A DNA stretch of 20,000 nt. It comes from Ionaspis alba (lineage: Eukaryota). The notes beneath the pieces were generated by a model. The model made no database searches, had not been told where the DNA came from, and saw nothing but the letters and a program-made list of their open reading frames with translations. Positions 11,701 through 20,000 of the stretch are shown one piece after another. Within the stretch, counting starts at the first letter, position 1. Each line of letters begins with the position of its first letter. A program made the translations under genes and the position numbers. The DNA is taken from assembly GCA_964255285.1 (NCBI GenBank), contig CAXUUL010000018.1, positions 44,152 through 64,151 on the forward strand, read 5' to 3'.

Positions 11701-12602
11701 GATCGGTGTCTCGAAGATATAACCCAGAGGAATCCAATTTAGAAATCGAAGCAGTGTCTCCAAGGTGGCCCTGACCAAGCTCGTTTGATTGGCTGTGTTC
11801 AAGACTTCCGAGCAGAGTCCAAAGATAGCCGAGAACTCGGTAGACATGGTGTTCTTCAAGTTTTTGGTCTTTGCTGAGGTCATCTGGTCCTGCGAAAAGT
11901 CGAAAACCTCTTCCGACAACAACCGGAGGATGGCCATGTTGTTCTCGCAAACGGTCAAGTTCGTATGACAGGAGCTAATGATTTCATTGATGAATGTTGG
12001 CCAGTTGTGGGGCCATTCCTGTTTGAGGATAGACACAAGAACCAGATTCAACTTGTTCAGAAAGGTTCGCTGGGTCTTAAGGCTCTCTTCAGTCTCCGAG
12101 GTCTGTACGATGAAACTGACGACAAAGTTTCTAATGCCTGCCGAACGAAAATTATCAGCAGAGATAGCATAGGTATGTGGGGGCATTCTCACCTTGGCAT
12201 TGATCTCGTGGTAAGACCTTCCATCTAGTCATGATCACGCTATCCAGGACTTGTAGACCAAGATCTGTCTACCCTTAGCACTGGACGAAGTTGATCGTCG
12301 ACCAACACATACATTTGGTCTGAGGATATGTAGCCTCTTGTAGGATTTTGTCCACCAGTAGCCATGCGTCCGGGTCCTCCTTGAACTATGATTTGAAGTG
12401 GTATTAGATAACGCCATAGATGGAAGGAATGTAGTCATACCTGGTTCATCGCTGCCTGAGCTTGTTTTTGCTTTAACACAGGCGTCAGTGCTTATTGTAC
12501 GAAACTAGAGATGTGTTATCAGGGTATAGTCCCTACCGCATCACCACGGCTCTCGTAGAACAACCGGACAGTGGTGTCCAGCTCCTCCACAGACATCACC
12601 AT
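8764..12602 (-). CDS. CRM1: Exportin-1 (Crm1/Xpo1/KapK), 1072 aa
   Basis: 12 exons: 12602-12537, 12470-12441, 12385-12313, 12264-12193, 12137-11425, 11374-10603, 10545-10289, 10238-10025, 9968-9739, 9655-9277, 9226-9055, 9004-8764 (3219 nt, open frame). Hallmarks: [103 protein letters not shown]. Confidence 0.98.
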
Positions 12603-12671
12603 TGTGTCTCCAGGAAAATGGGGACTGTAGAGGTGTAGACAGCAAGACAAGGTCGTTCAAATGATGAAGTT

Positions 12672-12922
12672 CTATAGCAGTCAGGAGACCATTCGTAAGA
12701 GGTAAACTGGGCGTCCACGTTAATGGTATCGAAGAAAAGAGTACGTAGCGGGGCTCAGACCGCGAAATGGTGAGAATAGGATAACGAGGTGTTCCGCCTT
12801 CCGAAAACTGGATAAAGGAAGTCGGTGTGTATGGAAGCCTGCATTCGATAACAGAAGACCTTAAAGACTGTTGGATGGTAGAGCTTTGGAGGGCGACGTT
12901 GAAACCGGGTAGGCAGGTATAC
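12672..12922 (-). other. Possible 5'-UTR intron of CRM1
   Basis: On the minus strand, AG|GTATAC donor at 12922 and CCTGAC...CTATAG branch/acceptor ending at 12672, 70 nt upstream of the ATG. Motif evidence only. Confidence 0.35.
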
Positions 12923-15293
12923 CTATGATCGCGGTAGGGTCTTGATGGTCGCCGCGTCTCTTGCCGAGCGGATCATCAAAGCCCTGCCTCGGATCTCCAT
13001 ACTTTACTAATTCTAAGGAATGGTTCCGCAGAATACATCGATTCTTGACTAACGTGAATCACAACTGACTGTGAATCTAGTGCAGCGACCAATATCGAGC
13101 TGAAGCCTAGTCCTCTTGCTGCATAGATCACATGAGAGGCCCAAATCCATGTGACATTTCACGCGAATGTCTACAAACTTAGCATTGGTGACTGACTATT
13201 GTTTTCTACTGAATTATTCGATATCAAGATCGGTAACCACATAATAGCCATTATTGCCTACATGAGATCCTTGACATCGATTGCGCTTTCTCGCAGGCTC
13301 GATGCAATTCTATACCTCTCGCATTTTATAGTACTTTCGTAACATTTCCTCCGGTCCCCTCCAAATCCAGCGACAAGGGGAGGAAACCCGATCTTTCTCC
13401 GGCGTCTCGCCCTTGCTGTACGATGGTAAAGGGAGAGAGATTTGCTATCGTTTGATACCTTCCAGTTAGTGAGGGGGTTTTCCGTGGGTGCTGACGCCTT
13501 GAATATTGTTTTGGGGTGAGATCAAGCGCTACTGAGACGTCCATAAGCGTGAAAGACACTGGCTGTTTGCAAGAGTTATCGTTTGCTTGGAGAGGAGGAC
13601 ACCACCATATCGTGTTGTTTTGAATCTACCTAGGTATTTCATGAGCTTTGCCTGACAGGCTCCACAGAATCTCAGTATCTCCCAGGATAACATGGCAATG
13701 GTAACTCGACTAAAGTCGAGTTTCGTACCCTCATGAAGCTCCTAGACCAAAACCCAGGAGTATTCTCCACTAGTTCAAAACTCAGATCTCAGGGGAGTGG
13801 GGCGAAGAAAGTACATCGCACATTGTCGGCAAAATATACAAGGTGCTTGGTGGAGGCGCATCTTGCGAGTCAAGATATAAATATTGAAGCATATGATGTC
13901 GATAAAATCATGCATTATTGTAACGCCAAATCTCAGCAGCTGCAGCGGTTAAATCGAGGAACTATCGCGAGGGGCCAATAGTAAGACTCGATTCGCTAGC
14001 CCAGACAAGACATGCTCGGTCAGCCGTTGGAGGCAAGATGAGGGAATTAGCCGCATAGAAGAGAGATGAGGATTCATCCTTGTCGCCTTGTGGGCTGCAG
14101 ATGGCTTCCGATGGCAAAGCCTACCGAGTACTGTTATCGCGATGGCATATCAGTATCCACCCGTTACTTTGCTCTTTACTCGCTTTCTTGCCCAATGCTC
14201 CTTGCACCTCGAATCATCATTGAAATTCGGGGATAATCTCCGCTTTTATACAATAATGAGCATTGTTCGGTTATCGAAGAGACCGACAATGGTTGCTCTT
14301 CAATGCGAACCCGTCCGCTTCAAATGATGCGCATAAGCAGAAGCTACAACTGTCGAGTCTACAAAGTTACAGAACACAGTATGATCTGTCCGTATTGCAC
14401 TCCGACAAGGGCAATGACTCTCGTATCAGGTGCGACCCAAATACATCAGTGAGCCTTGCGCCCTGTCTCGGTGAGAAGGGAAAGGGAGGGCAAACTCAAA
14501 TCGGTCCTCTGGAGAAGCATCCACACCAACATAAGCTTAATCGCCTGTGCAACTGCAACTGGCGATCACCTCTCACACTCCATGTCCGTCTTACTGACCT
14601 GGTAAATCCAACAACGTACTATCACCCTGTATCACTCAAGGTGGTCTATGCAGTCACGCATACAGTACACACAGGACGATGAAGACGGAAAAAAGCCAAT
14701 AGCACCGTTGCCTTCATCACTGTGTACATGTGTATCTCCTCCTCCGTCATCCTTTAGCGCCAACATCGACGCCCCTTTAAGCTGCCTTCTTGTACCTGAC
14801 ACTAATCCTCATCGGTGCAAGCGGGCAAAGGCTAGACGAGCCGCGCCTTCCTAATCTCTCCAATAATTTCGTGCCCCCCAATAGCAATAATCCCAGCACT
14901 CCAATCCAATCTGCTCTTCAATCGCTTGTGTCTGTCTCTTCTTTCTCTGCCTCTTCCTCCTCCACCACCACCACCTCCCTCCTGCTGCGACAACCAACAC
15001 TATTCACACCTGGTCCCTTTGTGGCCGTTTCCTTCTTTTACTCTGGTATCATCATACCACTTACGCTCCTTCACAATTGACCTTTAGTCGTTCTTTACTC
15101 ACAGTCGTTGTCATTGGACAGAGCCCGACGTGTTTACGACCATCACGAGAATTTCATTCCGTGTTTTTCATAGCTTCATTCTGCGCACAACAGAGTGGGA
15201 GACTGTCCACGATGCTGTAGAAGGAGAATTGCCTTGCAGATATTGTTTCTTATTCTCAATTGATTCGTACATTGCCCGACATTCTGTCCAGCC

Positions 15294-17669
15294 ATGCCTC
15301 GATCACACATTCGTCACGCCGCTTTGCACCTCCACCACCGGGCACCTGCAGCAGCACCACATACAACTCCTATGTTTCAGGGCCGGCTAGCAGACGTAAC
15401 GGTAGCGCAGAGTGCAGACCTAACTCGCCGAGATGCCTCAACAACATGTGGTCCGAATGATAACGGGCCGGGATGCCAAAGACCTGTATCCTCTACTACT
15501 ACAACGACAATACCCATCGCTGTTGGGACTATGTACAACCCCTTTCTGTCTTGTTATGAAACCACAATGCTGACTGGCTCAAAGTGTTCCGATAACTATT
15601 GCTCTGATCATCTTTATCTTTCTCCAGCGCCGACACGTCAAGAGATTACGTCGTGAAGATGCAATGGACAAACACAAATCATTGGACTTTGGTATAGATC
15701 CAGCGGACGCCCCAATAGGCGGGAAAAAATCTAAGAAAGTCACGGCACCAGAGATGAAAGCGGTTCATATGGGTATTGAGCCAGCCTCTCGACGTGGTCG
15801 TGGACTATCCATGGACATGGGCAACCCGTATCTTCTTCCGCCAGGCCTGCAGAGTTCTCGAGAATCGTTACACTCCATGTCTCGAGCTATTCATGGAGGC
15901 GACGATCCGTATCAGCCGGCTACTACTTTTGTTCCTGGTGACGGATTCCCAACATCCTATCAACCTTCAAAATTGGGTGGGGACGACTCCTCCAGCTATA
16001 CGGGATCGAGTGGTCGAGGAGGCTACAGGTCGGACAATAGCAACCAGAAACTACTGCGTAATGCACAACGAATGTCGCGATCTCAACCACCAACTCAGCG
16101 AAGTTCCGAGGCTTCAAATCTCGCCTATCCTCAAATCCAAGTTCCACCGCCTGCTCTGAGCGTAAAACGAAAAGGTGTCCCACAAAACACATATGACCAG
16201 ACTTTGGCCCCAAGTTCAACACAGGATGCACGGGACTCGTACATGACCAAAGACGCGGCAGATCTGCGTCGGAGTAACAACTATCTTGCAGCTTTCATTC
16301 ATAGCCGGGATCCTTCAATCGACAAGCATCTCCAAAACCAACCACAAGTCCAGAACATCGGAACTGGCTCATCGTCACCACCCGCTATCGCCATCACAGA
16401 CGACTCTATACGCCCACCACGCAAACAGTCCTTGCAGTCAACTACAAGGTCGTCTCTGCAGAACACCACTCTCCCAAACAAGCCTCAGGGTGGAAACCAT
16501 ACCAGCCAGTCTATCCATCAACAAGAGACTACCACAACTACCGGATTTTCGTCCCTCCAGCCTGTTCAGGAATCGCACAAAATTGATTTGCAGCGTCGCT
16601 CCCGCAGCTATTCTTTCACCAATGTCGAAGACACCACACCGTTCTATACGCCTGGCGAAATAGAACCTGTGCACATTCCTTTCGGACTGGATACTCCTGA
16701 TGCTGTCCAGGATTCCCAACGTCTATCAGCTTTCATGCCACTTCCACCTGATGATCCATCCGACAATCCGGAGCAACGAGCGAATAGAATTCGTTCTTTC
16801 TACAAGGAATATTTCGATGAGTCCAATCCAACCCGCACACCTGCTTCCGCACCTGCCCCCAAGACATACTATGAGGACTATGGTCAAGAATACCTCAACG
16901 ATACCGCTGTCTTCGATCCTGCTAGCGGTCAATTCGTCGTTGCCCAAGCCCCCTTCGCCCAACCGGTAACTCGACGCGCAATGACTCCTCCGCCTCGTGC
17001 TCCACCACGTTTCGCCGCACAACCTCAACGTCAGTCCAACCTCTCACATCAAGGTGGTGCCGGTCCACGGTCCCGCGCCTATTCATCTGCCTCGACATCT
17101 GCACGCTTTGGCCCGCCCCAGCCACGTACGGCACCAAGACGAGCTGTTGCTCCACCAGTATCCCTGCGTACCTTGCCCACGCCTCACCTTCTTAATGAAG
17201 ACGCTTTCAGCCTCCCAATCGATTTTGCCCCACCGTCAACGTACCAAGACCGACGCGCCGGTCGTCCCGAGAGTCCAAGAATGCAGATGCGACCTTTCTC
17301 TCCCGCCAGACCTATCGCGAGTCCATTGGTGTCGTCTTTCGACGAGCTATCCACTATGCCAAGCCCGTAAGTTTAATTGTTCTCAGTTGTCTCGATCGTG
17401 CTGACCAGGTCTCTAGCTATCAATTGCGAAAATCCGGTCTTTTTACAGCACTCGACTTCGCACCACCACCTCGCTTCAAGAATAGCGATGCCGGCTCGGA
17501 CGCAGGCAGTATTCGAAGCGGTAGGAGCACTGGCAGTGCCATGTCCGCCGCTCAAGCACACAGCATCCGTGCTGGTGCTTACCGAGTCAGCCGCATCCCG
17601 AAAGAAGTCGTTGGTACGAAGAACGAGATCACGGAAAGCTTACGACCAAAGTGGGACATCAATCGATGA
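15294..17669 (+). CDS. Single-pass membrane protein with a long disordered cytoplasmic tail, probable Skg6/Tos2-like family (757 aa)
   Basis: Exons 15294-15532, 15585-17366, 17417-17669 (introns of 52 and 50 nt; 2274 nt in frame). Splicing builds the TM helix IPIAVGTIVPITIALIIFIFL followed by basic QRRHVKRLRRED...HKSLDFG. Also RANRIRSFYKEYF, LPTPHLL and a terminal LRPKWD. The family assignment comes from recalled motif resemblance, not from a search. Confidence 0.8.
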
Positions 17670-18200
17670 AAACTAGAGTGAAAATGCTATAGGACATAAT
17701 CTCTTCTAGCCCGCCACTGTTGCGGGACGACCCCCCTGGCATTTTGTCACTATATTCGAACATACATAGACTTCTGGACCGATCTATCTGCACACAACCT
17801 GAGAGATCTGTTTGCGACGAATCTGCGTCGCTGCGCACATAATGGATTGCACATACACCGGTGTATTAATAACGTCAAAAAATGTTTGATCTCGAACGGC
17901 GAGGATTGTTGCTGGCCTGTACGATACGATCACTTGTGGGCGATAGATGGTTGGACCACTTCTGCTTCTATTTCCATCTCATTCCAGAGGTGGATCTCAT
18001 TTGAATTCTGTTGGATTCGCTGTATATATTTTACCTTAGACGCCGACATCGAATATGATTCCTTCGGCCATACAGATAGTTCTATGCAAACTACGGTGTT
18101 CTGGATACTGTTCATCCATGCTGTAAACGTGGGTTTATTTGACAAGTGACATCTTCGAGATGTAATCTAATGTTCACAGCCCAAGAACAAGCTGCCCTGT

Positions 18201-19355
18201 TCACATGAAATCATCCTCATCCCAGCCCCCTTGATTTCCCACTCCCTCGCTCTCTACCCGTCCCTTCCCGTACAGCGTCTCCCAATCCCGTTCCTTTCTC
18301 TCCTTCTCGTCCTTCCTCTCCCGTAGTATTCGCGCCTCCTCTTTTCGTCGCTTCTGCGTATCCGNNNNNNNNNNNNNNNNNNNNNNNNNNNNNNNNNNNN
18401 NNNNNNNNNNNNNNNNNNNNNNNNNNNNNNNNNNNNNNNNNNNNNNNNNNNNNNNNNNNNNNNNTCCTTCCTCTCCCGTAGTATTCGCGCCTCCTCTTTT
18501 CGTCGCTTCTGCGTATCCGCATTTATCGCCTGCCGCTTAGATGCCAGTTGTGCGTCACGCTCTTCCTGGAGGTGGGTCGTTGAGTGGGGAGGCGGGATCT
18601 CCGTGCGGGTCTTTTGCAGCCGATTGAGAGGAGGGTTGAGGCGTGTGGGCACGAGAACACGTTTTGTCTGGTGGGAGAATGCGTCAGTACAATGGCGATA
18701 GCGGCAACATCACACACAGATACAACGGGGCCGAGGGACCAACTGACCTTTTTCTGGTCGTGGAAGCCGACTTGGCCGACAGCCATGCTGCCGTCCTTTT
18801 TGAGGTTCGACCATGGTGTGTAAATAATTGTCACGTTGTCTTTCTTGTTGCCTACAGCGCAGTAGTGAGTCTCTCGTGGTTACTCGTTGTAGCTGGGAAG
18901 TTGCGAAGACAAAGAGATCGAGGGCGAATAGTGTTTACCTTCAATGGAGTTCGCCTTTGTCAGCTGTGCGCAGTCTTCCAACAGGTCCTTGGATATATCG
19001 TCCCATGACTGTCCCGGATTAAGGCGTAGGTAGATATGAGCGCTAGAGAGATTGTCCGCGTGGAACTGTCAATCCTTTTAGCATAATTTGGGTGCATGCG
19101 TTAGGAGGAGGCCATACCCTGCATATTAGAATCAGTATTTAGGCAATTTCTAATAGAGTTGCTAGCTGCGATACCATACATCCTCTTCCCAGCCGTACTT
19201 GATCAGCTCCTCGTCTATGGAATCATACCGATTAGCTAGATGTGTATTGGGAGAGGCCTCTTGGTGTATGAAGAGGACGCACTCTCCGTTTTATCTTTGC
19301 CCACGTAGATAGTCGCGGGTGGGGAGACAACGGTGGAGGTAAAGTGATAAACCAT
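18201..19355 (-). CDS. JLP2: CCDC25/Jlp2-type NFACT-R domain protein (~218 aa after closing the gap)
   Basis: Exons 19355-19283, 19214-19175, 19118 (1 nt), 19065-18939, 18851-18748, 18667-18201. Translation: [53 protein letters not shown]...[43 protein letters not shown]...charged coil...WDEDDFM*. These are the family's typical motifs. Confidence 0.92.
18310..18519. other. Scaffold gap (100 N, 18365-18464) flanked by an exact 55-bp direct duplication
   Basis: 18310-18364 is identical to 18465-18519. Collapsing the two copies restores a continuous JLP2 reading frame. Confidence 0.9.
19118..19118 (-). other. Predicted 1-nt microexon (G) between two canonical introns (19174-19119 and 19117-19066)
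   Basis: Minus strand: GAT GTA TG|gtatcg...ttctaatatgcag|G|gtatgg...tgctaaaaggattgacag|TTC CAC. The single G completes the TGG (Trp) codon of DVWFH. Confidence 0.8.
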
Positions 19356-19534
19356 GCTAGCGAAGAGATCAATGCTCTGTCAGAAGTGGTAGTACTTAGA
19401 TAGAAGTCGAATGGAAGAGCGACTGATATACCGCGGGATTTTGGCAGAATAGCTATCTATGGCGGTGAAGGTCGAACCTTAGGAGATCTAGCCCACTGGG
19501 GAAGAGGTCGTCTGGGTTTTTCTATTCTATCCTG

Positions 19535-20000
19535 AACTAAAATCAATATTACCATACACGACCTTATTTTTTTTAGATATTCAATTAAAAATCATAACCT
19601 TACCCTTTTTAGATATCTAATTATAAAAATTATAATAAATTTTTGTTGACGCGTTGTATAAATTTTTTAATATTTTTCGTTTTTTTTTTTTTTTTAAAAT
19701 CTTGTTGTTGTCGTCTTTTTGTTATCGTCGTTTTTATTTTATTTTTTAATTTATTTACTTGGTTGTTTTTTTCGAAATTTTATTTTTCGTTTTTTTACCG
19801 TCGTTATATCGATTTTTTTCAAAAATATTTTTACGGATATTTTGCCCGTCCGGAAACGATTTTTTAAATTAATAAAATCTATATTTCAATTAACGTTTAT
19901 GAAATAAAAAAAATATTTTTTTTATTTTAATAACGTTTGGTCGTTTTACGAAAAAACTCCCCCTACATTTAATATTTTAAAAAAAAAAACGGTTTATTAT
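19535..20000. repeat. AT-rich degenerate segment, probably a RIP-type mutated transposon or repeat relic (runs off the window end)
   Basis: Abrupt shift from about balanced GC to extremely AT-rich sequence, with long T runs and many of the surviving C/G bases in CpG. No credible ORF, and the element family cannot be identified. Confidence 0.6.

Noticed and set aside
13326..15460. Assorted 60-140 aa ORFs in the CRM1 upstream intergenic region
   Set aside because: Mostly non-ATG starts, no motifs and no coherent exon structure.
18310..18519. 55-bp direct repeat as a target-site duplication or an insertion element
   Set aside because: It exactly flanks a round-number N gap and collapses into a clean reading frame, so it is an assembly artefact.
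19066..19174. Classical [D] or [A] stwintron interpretation
   Set aside because: Neither intron interrupts the other's donor or acceptor. Both have intact GT and AG ends, separated by one exonic base.
19594..19606. TAACCTTACCC resembling a telomeric repeat
   Set aside because: At most two imperfect units, with no array.
19643..19907. Phe-rich hydrophobic ORFs in the AT-rich end
   Set aside because: Products of poly-T composition, not membrane proteins.
1..20000. Prokaryotic-type systems (CRISPR, operons, defence loci), tRNA or rRNA genes
   Set aside because: The sequence is intron-containing fungal DNA. I saw no repeat-spacer arrays or RNA-gene signatures by eye.

Overview
Eukaryotic DNA from a filamentous ascomycete (Pezizomycotina, inferred from short 50-90 nt GT-AG introns with CTRAY-like branch sites and from the gene families present). 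I reconstructed seven genes by hand. On the minus strand are two intronless, low-complexity hypothetical genes (191-913, 2305-3252) and RRN6, a Pol I core factor subunit (4 exons, ~1003 aa). RRN6 is divergent from kinetochore SPC25 (+), which is convergent with exportin-1 CRM1 (-, 12 exons, 1072 aa, Thr525 at the leptomycin B site). A single-pass membrane protein of probable Skg6/Tos2 type follows (+, 757 aa), then a CCDC25/Jlp2 NFACT-R protein (-, ~218 aa). The most unusual signal is in the last gene: its conserved D-V-W-F-H motif is rebuilt only if two canonical back-to-back introns flank a ONE-NUCLEOTIDE exon (G at 19118). A 100-N gap in that gene is flanked by an exact 55-bp duplication and is probably an assembly artefact. 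The last ~450 bp are an abruptly AT-rich, strand-skewed, CpG-retaining segment that looks like a RIP-type mutated repeat.
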